From Dendrobates tinctorius (taxonomy: Eukaryota): a stretch of DNA of 64,000 nt. The position numbers and the translations under genes are program-made. The stretch lies in contig NW_027361724.1 of assembly GCF_039654945.1 (NCBI RefSeq), positions 13,454,001 through 13,518,000 on the forward strand, in the 5' to 3' direction. Positions 39,250 to 51,234 of the stretch are shown here, piece after piece. How positions within the stretch are numbered: the stretch's first letter is position 1; every line of letters begins with the position of its first letter. The notes beneath the pieces were generated by a model. It saw nothing but the letters and a program-made list of their open reading frames with translations. It was not told where the DNA came from and did no database searches.

Positions 39250-40284
39250 ATGTCCAGGAAAAAAAAGAACTTTCATGTGAAACTCGACAGTCTATTCTTG
39301 TTCTTAGAAATGAAGGCAAATCCATGCGAGAAATTGCCAAGAAATTGAAGATTTCCTACAACGGTGTGTACTACTCCCTTCAGAGGAGAGCACAAACAGG
39401 CTCTAACCAGAGTAGAAAGAGAAGTGGGAGGCCCCGCTGCACAACTGAGCAAAAAGACAAGTACATTAGTCTAGTTTGAGAAGTCAACGCCTCACAGGTC
39501 CTAAACTGGCAGCTTCATTAAATAGTACATGCAAAACGTTAGTGTCAACATCTACAGTGAAGAGACGACTCCAAGATGCTGGCCTTCAGGGCAGAGTGGC
39601 AAAGAAAAAGCCATATCTGAGACTGGCTAATAAAAGGAAAAGATTAATATGGGCAAAAGAACACAGACATTGGACAGAGGAAGGTTGGTAAAGTGTTATG
39701 GACAGACGAATCCAAGCTTGAGGTGTTTGGATCACACAGAAGAACATTTGTGAGGCGCAGAACAACTGAAAAGATGCTGGAAGAGTGCCTGACACCATCT
39801 GTCAAGCATTGTGGAGGTAATGTGATGGTCTGGGGTTGCTTTGGTGCTGGTAAAGTGGGAGATTTGTACAAGGTAAAAGGGATTTTGAATAAGTAAGGCT
39901 ACCGCTCCATTTTGCAACACCATGCCATACCCTGTGGACAGCACTTGACTGGAGCCAATTTCATCCTAAACCAGGACAATGACCCAAAGCACACCTCCAA
40001 GTTATGCAAGAACTATTTAGTATACCAGCTGCCTGCTTCTTCCCTATCTGTAATGGAGTGGCCTGCGCAGTCACCAGATCTCAACCCCTTTGAGCTGTTG
40101 TGGGAGCACCTTGATCGTATGGTACGCAAAAAGAGCCCATCAAACCAACTTGTGGGAGGGGCTTCTGGAAGCATGGGGTGAAATTTCTCCAGATTACCTC
40201 AGCAAATTAACTGCTAGAATGCCAAAGGTCTGCAATGCTGTAATTGCTGCAAAGGGAGCATTCTTTGACGAAAGCAAAGTTTGA
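39250..40284 (+). pseudogene. Tc1-family transposase pseudogene (element about 38930-40300)
   Basis: Frameshifted segments with RSGRPR, LWTDESK, VKHCGGNVMVWGCF, QDNDPKH and WPAQSPDLNPFE (DD34E-type) motifs; followed by (TA)n. Confidence 0.92.
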
Positions 40285-40301
40285 AGGAGAAAATTATATA
40301 A

Positions 40302-40307
<6 letters not shown>

Positions 40308-40354
<47 letters not shown>
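40308..40354. repeat. (TA)n microsatellite
   Basis: Directly visible. Confidence 0.95.
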
Positions 40355-40357
<3 letters not shown>

Positions 40358-40829
40358 ATCATTATATAGCCACATTCATTATAATATCCCACATCATCCC
40401 ATCAGAGCCACTGGACTACTAATATCCCACATCATCCTGTCAGAACCACAGAGCTGAGTGGAACGGTCCTAACATCCATACCAGGGATCCCTTTAACCCC
40501 TTCACGACCCATGACGCCTACGTAGGCGTCATGAAAAGTCGTGCCCAAACGACCTATGACGCCTACGTAGGCGTCATGCTATAAATAGCCCCCCTGCGGG
40601 TCGGGTGACCGGGGTCACTGAAAGGTCACCCGACCCGCACACAAAGGACTCTACAGTTAATCCCTGGGGGCGTGGCTTAGCCCCCACGTGCCTACGATCG
40701 CTCTGATTGGCTGTTAAAAGTGAAACAGCCAATCAGAGCGATTTGTAATATTTCACCAATGAAATTTGGTGAAATATTACAATCCAGCCATGGCCGATGC
40801 TGCAATAGCATCGGACATGGCTGGACACC

Positions 40830-40869
<40 letters not shown>

Positions 40870-41234
40870 CACACACGATCGGCCCCCCGCCACCGATGGA
40901 CGGCGGCGATCGTTCGCCGCCGTCATCATCTGCTCCCCCTCCCCTGTCTATCGCTCCCTCCCACCTTCCGATCCCCCCAGGACCTCCGATCGTGCTCCCG
41001 GTGTCCCGCAGTGGCTCCCGGCGTCCGGATCATGGGCGCCGCCATCTTGCAAAATGGTGGGCGCAGTGCGCCTGCCATTGTCCAAGATGGCGGCGCCCAT
41101 GAATTTGCCGGTTGCCCGTTCATTTTTCATTTTGATCACTGTGATCAAAATGAAAAAAAAAAAGTAAATATACCCCCCTTTTATCACCCCCATAGCCAGG
41201 CGCAAATAATAAAATAAAAAAAATATTTTTTCCA

Positions 41235-41630
41235 GTTAGGGTTGGAATAAGGGTTAGGGTTGGAATAAGGGTTAGGGTTGGAATAAGGGTTAGGGTTGGA
41301 ATAAGGGTTAGGGTTGGAATAAGGGTTAGGGTTGGAATAAGGGTTAGGGTTGGAATAAGGGTTAGGGTTGGAATAAGGGTTAGGGTTGGAATAAGGGTTA
41401 GGGTTGGAATAAGGGTTAGGGTTGGAATAAGGGTTAGGGTTGGAATAAGGGTTAAAATTAGGGTTGGAATTGGGGTTAAAATTAGGGTTAGGGCTGGAAT
41501 TGGGGTTAGGGCTGGGTTGGGATTAGGGTTAGGCTTGTAGTTAGGGTTAGAGTTGGGATTAGGGTTAGGGGTGTGTTGGCGTTAGGGCTGTGGTTAGGGT
41601 TATTATTAGGGTGGGGTTAGGGTTGGAGTT
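41235..41630 (+). repeat. Telomere-like repeat array inside the piggyBac-like element
   Basis: About 12 copies of TTAGGG-TTGGAA-TAAGGG, then degenerate TTAGGG variants. Confidence 0.92.
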
Positions 41631-41639
41631 AGAATTGAG

Positions 41640-43600
41640 GGGTTTCCACTGTTTAGGCACATCACGGGGTCTCCGAGCGCGACATGGCGCCACGATTTAT
41701 TCCAGCCAATTTTGCGTTCAAAATGTCAAACAGCGCACTCTCCAATCCGAGCCCCGACGTGTGCCCAAACAGTGGTTTACCCCCACATATGGGGTATCAG
41801 CGTACTCAGGAAAAATTGCACAACAACTTTGGGGGTCTAATTTCTCCTGTTACCCTTGGGAAAATAAAAAATTGGGGGCTAAAAAAATGATTTTTGTGGA
41901 AAAAAAAGTTTTTTTGTTTTCACGGCTCTGAGTTATAAACTTCGGTGAAGCACTTGGGGGTTCAAAGTGCTCATCAAACATCTAGATAAGTTCCTTGGGG
42001 GGTCTAGTTTCCAAAATGGGGTCACTTGTGGGGGGTTTCCACTGTTTAGGCACATCAGGGGCTCTGCAAACGTAACATGACGCCCGCAGACCATTCCATC
42101 AAGTCGGTATTTCAAAACGTCACTACTTCCCTTCCGAGCCCCGATGTGTGCCCAAACAGTGGTCCCCCCCCCCCCCACATATGGGGTACCAGCGTACTCA
42201 GGACAAACTGGACAACAACTTTTGGGGTCCAATTTCTCCTGTTACTATTGTGAAAATAAAAAATAGCGGGCTAAAAAATCATTTTTGAGGAAAAAAAATG
42301 ATTTTTTATTTTCATGGCTCTGCATTTATAAACTTCTGTGAAGCACTTGGGGGTTCAAAGTGCTCACTACACATCTAGATAAGCTCCTTGGGGGGTCTAG
42401 TTTCCAAAATGGGGTCACTTGTGGGGGGTTTCTACTGTTTAGGCACATCAGGGGCTCTGCAAACGCAACATGATGCCCGCAGAACATCCCATCAGTCTGC
42501 ATTCCAAAATTGCGCTCCTTCCCTTCTGAGCTCTCCCATGCGCCCAAACAGTGGTTTCCCCTGACACATGGGGTATCGGTGTACTCAGGACAAATTACAC
42601 AACTTTTGTGGTCCAATTTCTCCTGTTAGCCTTGTGAAAATAAAAAATAGCGGGCTAAAATCATTTTTGAGGAAAAAAAAATATTTTTTTTATTTTCACT
42701 TTTCTGCATCATAAACTTCTGTGAAGCACTTGTGGGTTCAAAGTCCTCACCACACATCTAGAAAAGTTCCTTGGGTGGTCTAGTTTCCAAAATGGGGTCA
42801 CTTGTGGGGGAGCTCTAATGTTTAGGCACACAGGGGCTCTCCAAACACGACATGGTGTCCACTAACGATTGGAGCTAATTTTCCATTCAAAAAGTCAAAT
42901 GGTGCTCCTTCCCTTCGGGACCCTGCCGTGTGCCCAAACAGTGGTTTATGAGCACATATGAGGTATCTGTGCACTCAGGAGAAATTGCCCAACAAATTTT
43001 AGGATCCATTTTATCCCATTGCCCATGTGAAAATGAAAAAACTGAGGCTAAAAGAATTTTTGTGAAAGTGTTTTTTTTTTTTTTTTTTTTTTTGATCAAT
43101 TTGTGAAGCACCTGGCGGTTCAAAGTGCTCACTATGCATCTAAATAAGTTCCTTGGAGAGTCTAGTTTCCAAAATGGGGTCACTTGTGGGGTAGCTCCAA
43201 TGTTTAGGCGCACAGGGACTCTCCAAACGCGACATGGCAACCGCTAAATATTCCAGCATATTTTCCATTCAAAGTGTCAAATGGCGTTCCTTCCCTTCTG
43301 AGCCCTGCCGTGCGCCCAAACAGTGGTTTATGACCACATATGAGGTATCTGTGTACTCAGGAGAAATTGCCCAACAAATTTTAGGATCCATTTTATCCTG
43401 TTGCCCATGTGAAAATGAAAAAATTGATGCTAAAAAAATTTTTTTATTGGAAAAATTAAAATGTTCATTTTTTTTCCTTCCACATTGCTTTAGTTGCTGT
43501 GAAGCACCTGAAGGGTTAATAATCTTCTTGAATATAGTTTTGAGTAGCTTGAGGGGTGCAGTTTTTAGAATGGTGTCACTTTGGGGTATTTTCTGCCATA
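41640..43600. repeat. ~390-bp tandem repeat, about 5 copies, inside the piggyBac-like element
   Basis: Anchor TCTAGTTTCCAAAATGGGGTCACTTGTGGGG recurs near 42003, 42396, 42779 and 43161, with a diverged copy near 43560. Confidence 0.88.
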
Positions 43601-44985
43601 TAGACCCCTCAAAGTGACTTCAAATGTGAGGTGGTCCCTAAAAAAAAAATGGTGTTGTAAAAATGAGAAATCGCTGGTCAACCTTTAACCCTTATAACTT
43701 CCCAACAAAAAAAAACTTTGTTTCCAAAATTGTGCTGATGTAAAGTAGACATGTGGGAAATGTTATTTATTAACTATTTTGTGTCGCATAACTCTCTGGT
43801 TTAACAGAATAAAAATTAAAAATGTGAAAATTGCAAAATTTTCAAAATTTTCGCCAAATTTCCATTTTTTTCACAAATAAATGAAAACATTATTGACCTA
43901 AGTTTACCACTAACATGAAGCCAAATATGTCACGAAAAAACAATCTCAGAATCGCTAGGATCCGTTGAAGCGTTCCTGAGTTATTACCTCATAAAGGGAC
44001 ACTGGTCAATATTGCCAAAAATGGCCAGGTCATTAAGGTCAAAATAGGCTGGGTCATGAAGGCGTTAAGAGAGGCCGGGTGTCAGAACCAAAGCGCTGGA
44101 TTGATTTGCCCTGACTTCCATACCGGAGATCCCTTTTAAGAGGGAAGATGTGTGATGGGTATATGGGCACGGGAGGGGGTGATTCATTTGTCATGTGCTC
44201 TCTGCTTCTTTCTGGGGGGCAGACAATGCCTGGGAGCAGACAATGCCTGGGAGCTTATGTTCCCATGGATGCTAGATTTCTCCCACCCGGTCCACTGTCT
44301 TGAGGTGTTGTGGAGTGGGAAAACTGTTGCTCATAGCAACCAATCACAGCTCCGCTTCTTTTAAACACTGTCTGCTTAGTGATTGGGTGTGTGTATATAT
44401 TTTATATATAATTTTTATTTTTTTGCTATGAACCTGTTCTACGCCCGGGTGCCGAGTATTTTTATTGGTATATGGGCTCCTGTCCTAGTATGCATTTTAC
44501 CCCTGATCCCTATCCTGATATGCATGGTCCCCCTGACACCTATTAAACTGCACACACAAAAAAAAATTATACTCACCTTTCTTCCCTGTGTCCAGCGCTG
44601 TCCCGTTCTGCCGATGGCCGGGGGGGAGGAGTCTGGCGCCGGAGTACGCGCATGCCCATACCGTGCTGCCCGGCACCACATTGCTGAAGATACACTGCAA
44701 AATGTCTTCAGTAAAATGGCGCCGTATAGCGCTATGCGCAATTCCCACGCGCATTCCGGCCCCTGTCTGTGGCTGAAGAGAAGCGCAGCGGCAACGCTCC
44801 TACCGGAGTCAGGTAAGTATGGCGACGAAGAAAGCGGTATGCAGTGTGTACGCGTACCGCCATCTCCGGCGCCATACACACTCCTCTTACCACTGGATGC
44901 CTCATTCTGCCTGGAGCAGAATGGTAGTGTAGCTAGAAGAATTTATTTAATTATTCCCCTTTTCTTCTTTCTCTCCCTTGTACAG

Positions 44986-45046
44986 ACAAACCTTTCTACA
45001 ATGCAGACGTCTCGCACAGGGATAAACCCGTCCACCCCATGTGCAC
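44986..45046 (+). CDS. NUP35: Nucleoporin 35, exon 4
   Basis: 61 nt, TNLSTMQTSRTGINPSTPCA; strong polypyrimidine tract with CAG| acceptor and |GTAAGT donor; phases link exons 3 and 5. Confidence 0.88.
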
Positions 45047-45087
45047 GTAAGTTAGTGGAGCGCGGTTCCACCAAAGCCAATCCTTGT

Positions 45088-45351
45088 TTATATCTTATTT
45101 TTACTCGCTTATACAGCACCATTAATTCCCCAGCGTTTTACAGACATTATCATCACTGTCCACATTAGGGCTCACAAATTCCACATCAGTATGTCTTTGG
45201 AATGTGGGAGGAAACCGGGAAACCCATGCAAACACAGGGAGAACATACAAACTCCTGGCAGATGTCCTTGGGGGGGGGGGGGGGGGGAAATCGAACCCAG
45301 GACCCAAAAGCTTCAAAGCAACAGTGCTAACAACCGAGCCACCATGTTGCC
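45088..45351 (-). mobile_element. tRNA-derived V-SINE with L2-like tail
   Basis: A box TGGCTCGGTTG, B box GGTTCGATT, V-domain GGAGTTTGTATGTTCTCCCTGTGTTTGCATGGGTTTCC, and a TGTAAAACGCTG...GGTGCTGTATAAG tail. Confidence 0.85.
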
Positions 45352-46917
45352 AAAGTCTGTGTATTTAAATGGCTAAATTCCCATCCTGTACATGCGGTGG
45401 AGAACGGTGACTCTATTCACGTCTTGCATGTGGCCACCAGGTGTCCTTCTTGTAATGTGAGGAATATCTCTTTATTTATTAGTCTTGTCTGATAGTGACT
45501 GCAAGCTTAGGTCCTAAAGAAATGTGGCCATTTCCTCACAGCGGCACATGCTGGATGGAAAGTTTTCAGCAGATTACTTCATGTATTTTGTGCTAACATT
45601 TCAATGTTGCACTTTAAACCACGCCATCTCCCATGTAAAGCCCTCCCTTAAGCAAAGCAAAAATGTGATGCACTGTATGTACGACCTCTTATGATGTGGC
45701 ACTTGGTACAACTTACACTTGCTCTGTAAATCTTTTTCTTAGGTAAACAGACTAAGGCTGTGTGCACACGCTGTGGATTTTGCTGCGGTTCCGCAGCGGT
45801 TTTGGCCACTGCGGACCCGCAGCAGTTTCTGCTGCGGTGTACAGTACAATGATTCCCTATGGGAATCAAAAACCGCAGTGCAGACGGTGCGGAATTTTCC
45901 GCGCGGATTATCTGCGGTTTTCAATCCGCAGAAAGAATTGACATGTCAATTCTTTCTGCGGATTCTCCTGCGGTTTGCCATCTCCTCCATTGAGGAGATG
46001 AAAAACCGCAGGGCAAAACCGCAGAGCAATCCGCAGGTAAAACCGCAGGTCTTTTGACCTGAGAAAACAGAAAGCAAAAAACACAAATATCCTGAACTAA
46101 AAGTAAAAAATATACTGCAAATAATGCATAAAGGTAATAATAAGGGTATTTAGTAAACATAATTTTGATCAAAATAATGTACAAGCCATCCCGCCACGGC
46201 AACCCTTGTGGGACAGTCCCTACTCTAGTATTTAAAACCTTATCACTTGCCAAGTGGCGTGAATGTGAATAAGGGTCGAGCGGCTGAACCACTTGTAACA
46301 GCTTAGGCCAGACTGGATGGCTTTCCCAGCTCAGAAAAAGGGTGGTCACACCCCTATATGCACTGAATGCACAATGAAATGAATAAAAAACAAATCTGAA
46401 CTGAGACAAGTAAGTTAATGTGTATGCACAATGTAAGTGCATTTTAACACATGACCATTAACCAGAGAAAACAGAAAGCAAAAAGATGGATTTTTGGTTC
46501 TTACCATAAAATCTCTTTCTTGGAGCCTTCATTGGGGGACAGAGATTACCATGGGTGTATGCTGCTGCTGCTAGGAGGCTGACACTATGCAAAAAACAAG
46601 AAAATTGACTCCTCCCCGGCAGTATACACCCACCGACAGATACCAAGTACCTCAGTTGGTGAGAAAGCAGTAGGAGAAGCAACGGAACTATAACATATGT
46701 ACCAACCCAACAAGGGACTCAAGGACCCAACACGGTACAACTTAAACAGGGAGGGTGCTGTGTCCCCCAATGAAGGCTCCAAGAAAGAGATTTTACGGTA
46801 AGAACCAAAAATCCATCTTTCTTTATCGCCTTATTGGGGGACACAGATTACCATGGGACGTTCCAAAGCAGTCCCAAGGGCGGGAACAGCAATAAGGAAC
46901 GAAAGAACAGGAAGGGC

Positions 46918-47940
46918 TTAGGTCGGCCAATGCGCCACCGCCGCCTGCAGGACCTTCCTACCACCGACTGCATCAGACGAAGCCTGGGTATGAACCCTGT
47001 AGAACTTCGCGAACGTATGCAAGAACGACCAGGTCGCGGCCCTGCAAATTTGCAGATCCGAAGCCTGGTGTCGAACGACCCACGAAGCTGCCACCGCCCG
47101 GGTGGAGTGAGTTCTCACTCCCGGAGGCGGCCGTTTTTCCTGAAGACGGTATGCTTCCAGAATAGTAGAACGAATCCAGCGAGCGATCGTGGATTTGGAT
47201 GCCGGAAGCCCTTTCCGGTGACCAGAGATGACCAGCAATGAATCGGATTGACGAAGTGAAGCAGTCCTAGCGAGATAAACACGCAAGGCTCTAACAACGT
47301 CCAGTTTGAGGAGTGACTTCTCAAGAGGGTGAGAAGGAACAGGACAAAATGATGGAAGAACGATATCCTCGTTGATGTGGAAGGAGGATACCACCTTTGG
47401 GAGAAAAGAAGGAACGGGCCTGAGGACGACTTTATCCTGATGGAGTACCAGCTAAGGAGAACGACATGACAGGGCCGCTAATTCAGAAACTCTTCTGATG
47501 GATGTTATGGCAATCAGAAAGGTTACCTTCCATGAAAGAAAAGACAAAGGGATGTCCTGGATGGGCTCAAACGGCGCTTTTTTGGAGAGCGCTAAGAACG
47601 AGATTGAGATCCCACGGTTCTATCGGTGAATGATGAGGAGGGGCCACATGAGCGACTCCTTGGAGAAATGTCTTAACCTGCGGTAAAGAAGCGATCTTCC
47701 TTTGAAAAAGGATAAACAAAGCGGAAACCTGGCCCTTGAGGGTACTGAGAGACAGACTCGAATCTAAGCTAGGCTGGAGAAACCCAGAATGGACGGAATG
47801 GAAAAGGACATTGGAAAGACTCTTTTATCGTCGCACCAACGGAAAAAGGCCTTCCAATGCCTATGGTAGATGCGGGAAGAGGCTGGTTTCCTGGCTTTGA
47901 CCATCGTCTGAATCATCTGGTTGGAAAAAACCTGATTCTC
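46918..47940 (-). pseudogene. DIRS tyrosine recombinase (interrupted)
   Basis: LDVVRAL, IARWIR and HSTRAVAASW...TFAKFYR catalytic motifs in ORF 46918-47394; the upstream part has an in-frame stop and frameshifts. Confidence 0.88.
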
Positions 47941-49830
47941 TTAAGGTTGCGGCCTCAACGGCCATGCCGTTAAATTCAGAGACCGAGAAGTCTCGTGGTA
48001 AAGGGGGCCTTGTGAGAAAAGATCCGGACGGTCTGGAAGCCTCCAGGGGACGTCCGCGAGCATGTTCACCAGTTCCGCATACCAAGGCCTTCTTGGCCAG
48101 TCTGGAGCCACAAGAAACACTGGCACGCCTTCCGATTTTATCTTCTTGACCACTCTTGGGATCAAGGCAAGAGGTGGAAACAGATAAGGGAGTTGGAACT
48201 GGGACCACGGAATTACTAGGGCGTCGCAAGCGACGGTTAGAGGGTCCCTGGACCTGGCTACGAAACGCGGAACCTTGTGGCTCATCCGAGATGCCATGAG
48301 GTCGACATCCGGATAACCCCAGCACTGGCATATCTGATAGAAGACTGTGGAATGGAGAGACCATTCGCCTGGCGCTAGGCTTTGGCGACTCAGAAAGTCG
48401 GCTGCCCAGTTTTCCACCCCTGGAATGTGAACAGCGGAGATTGCTGGAACATACTGTTCTGCCCAGCGCAGTATCTTGGCCACTTCTGACATCACTTGGT
48501 TGCTGCGCGTGCCGCCATGATGGTTTATGTACTCCACAGCCATGGCGTTGTCCGACTGAATGCGAACCGGCTTGCTGACGAGAAGAGGTTGCCAGCAAAG
48601 AAGGGCCAGGAAGATTGTTCTGATTTCGAGAAGATTGATAGGGAGCAGAGCTTCCTGTGGATTCCAGCGTCCTTGGGCCGTTCTCTGATGGAAAACCGCT
48701 CCCCAACCTACCTAGGCTGGCATCGGTGGTAATGCCTTGCCACTGGAGCGGGAGGAAGGACCTCCCCTGGAGGACTGACGTAGGCATTGCCCACCAAGTC
48801 AGGGAATGCCTCACTCTGAGAGGGAGGAAAATGGGGCGGTCTAAAGACAACGTCGTCTTGTCCCAAGCTGAGAGGAGGGACAGCTGAAGGGGGCGAAGAT
48901 GAAACTGTGCAAAAGGCACTGCCTCCATGGAAGCCACCATCTTCCCCAGAACTTTCATGCAGAGCCGAAGGGGAATGGGCTTCGGCCGTTTGAGAGCTCG
49001 AATTTCTTTGGACAGAGACGCAAATTTTTCCCCTCGGAAGAAACACCCGGGCCAGATTCGTGTCGAATTCCATGCCTAGGAAGGTCAGACGCTGAGTGGG
49101 TCTGAGAATGGACTTTTCTTTGTTGACTAACCATCCGAGACGGCCGAGGGTATCCAGGGTTATGTGAAGACTCAGGAGACAGTCTTGACGGGACGAGCCT
49201 TTGAACAAGAGATCGTCCAGATAAGGGATGATGAGAATCCCCCTGGATCGAAGGATGGCCATGACCGTCACCATCACCTTCGTGAAAACACGGGGAGCAG
49301 AGGCTAGGCCGTGAATTGATAGTGATTTCCCTGAATCGCAAACCGAAGATATTTCTGATGTTGCAAACAAACAGGGATGTGAAGTTAAGCATCCCGTATG
49401 TTCACAGAGCAGAGGAATTCTCCGGGTTCCATTGAGGCTATCACTGATCGAAGAGACTCCATTTTGAAGTGGAGAATCTTCACATGGCGATTGAGCAACT
49501 TGAGGACCAGGATTGGTCGAAGGGTCCCGTCTTCTTTCAGGACTACAAAAAAATTTGAGTAGAACCCTGAAAACCGTTCGTCTGAGGGAACGGGGACAAT
49601 CACACCGGCGGAAAGAAGGGAGGAGACGGCTTGAAAGAAACCTGGAACGTGGGACCGCTGTCTTGGGGGTCGAGACAGGAAAAAACGTCTGTTTGGCTGG
49701 GAAGCAAATTCGATCTTGTATCCGTATGCGATGATTTCCCTGACCCAAGCATCGTCGACAACAGACAGCCAAGCGTCCGCAAAAAAGGAAAGTCTGCCTC
49801 CCACCCTGGAAAAACTTCCAGGTGGGGGTG
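47941..49830 (-). pseudogene. DIRS reverse transcriptase / RNase H / methyltransferase-like ORF (frameshifted)
   Basis: VGGRL, FYSNFFVV, HFKMESL, SAPRVFTK, PYLDDLL, TTDAS, HIPGVENWAADFLSR, DLMAS and YLFPP motifs are spread over several frames. Confidence 0.9.
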
Positions 49831-49849
49831 ACCCGTCACTTGGAGGAGA

Positions 49850-51234
49850 ACCTTGCTGGGTAGATTTTTCTGTGGACGAGAAGGCAGGAAAGGGCCTAAA
49901 CTGCCGGAAACCCTTTCTGTTAAAAAAGCGTTTTGGCCGAGACTGAGGGAGAGAAGTGCTCTTACCACCAGTGGCATCCAAAATTATTTGATCTAGCTTG
50001 GCTCCAAAGAGCCGAGAACCAAGGAAAGGCAGATTGGTAAGCGACTTTTTAGAGGTGGTATCTGCATTCCATGACCTTAGCCAAAGGACTCGGCGTATGG
50101 CTATTATGTTGCTGTTAGCCCTTGCTACGCACCCAGCCGCATCCAAAGAGGCGGCTAAGAGGTATTTACCCGCATGATTAATTTGAACCGCTAGATCTGC
50201 CAGCTCGTCCTGGAGAGCTGCCGCTAAGATGCCTCTGCGAAGAGTTTTTGCCCAAGCTGAAATGACTTTTGCCACCCAGGAGGAAGCGAAAATAGGACAG
50301 AGAGAGGCACCGGATGCCTCAAAAATGGACTTAGCCAGAGATTCTATCTGCCTGCCTGTTGGATCCTTAAGCGATGCCCTGTCCGGAAGGGATAGAACCG
50401 TCTTAGAGGCTATACGAGAGACGGGAGGATCCACCTCGGGGGCTTTGGTCCATTTTGTGAGCAGATCTACATCAAAGGGATACAGAACATCTAAGTACCT
50501 GCGGCCTGAAAAGCGTTGATCAGGGTGCTCCCAATGTTTGGTTAGAGTAGTATCGAACTCCTTGTGGTTTGAAAGGGTTCGGGATGGAGGCCTCGCTCGT
50601 TTAAATGGAACAGAACATTCCTGAGGAGGAGGTTCGTCCTGCTTAATTTCCAAGGTTTGGAAGATGGCAGAAAGAAGACTATCGACCATATTCCGCGTTT
50701 TAGATATATTATCTGCTTCTGAACTAGATCCCGATTGGGGATCGTCGTCAGAACTAGGGTCGTCCTCTGAAGACGGAGAAGGACACCTGGGAAAAGCCGA
50801 CGGGCCTAGCGAACTGGAAGACGAGCCAGACAGAACATGCTTCCTAGAAATCCTACTCGGCTTGTCCCTCTGAAGGTCGCGGTCAGGTGCGGATGACTCA
50901 CCCTGAGAGGCGGTCGGTGCACAGGTGGCTGTAGATAACTGAGGGGGTCGTCCTCCTAACGTTCTAGGACCTGGACCAGGGACTGAGAGACTTTAGTCAG
51001 ATCGAAGACCGACTGGGACATTGCAACGGCCCACTATGGGAGAGGGGAAGTGCCCTCATCCCGGGAATCGGTGTGCTCCTGAGAGGCCGACATAGCTGAA
51101 GGGCTGCAGGACAGGCAGAGGGGAGACGACTGACCTGACGCCCACTTCCTTTTACAGCGTGCACAAGCGTAGTGGATAACGGTGGGCTTGAAAGATAGCG
51201 CCGTTGAAGGGTTAAACATAGGTATGTTGAGCAC
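49850..51234 (-). pseudogene. DIRS gag-like ORF1 (frameshifted)
   Basis: N-terminal CxxC...CxxC segment (51034-51234), then PEVDPPVSRI, RRVLWLRSW, LPFLGSRLFG motifs typical of vertebrate DIRS ORF1. Confidence 0.8.

Larger units (their letters stand above)
40497..44064. mobile_element. Non-autonomous piggyBac-like element, 3.57 kb
   Basis: TTAA|CCCCTTCACGACCC ... GGGTCATGAAGGCG|TTAA; no transposase ORF; internal (CA)n, telomere-like and ~390-bp repeats. Confidence 0.85.

Noticed and set aside
41235-41630. Chromosome-fusion or true telomere remnant
   Set aside because: The repeats are variant, single-orientation and enclosed within transposon TIRs.
44383-45168. 261-aa ORF
   Set aside because: Only 44986-45046 is NUP35 exon 4; the rest is intronic repeat-derived sequence.
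46215-46310. Twister-like words (GUUACAAG, GAGUA) in the 404-nt unit
   Set aside because: The P1, P2 and P4 stems and the UAA cleavage strand could not be assembled.
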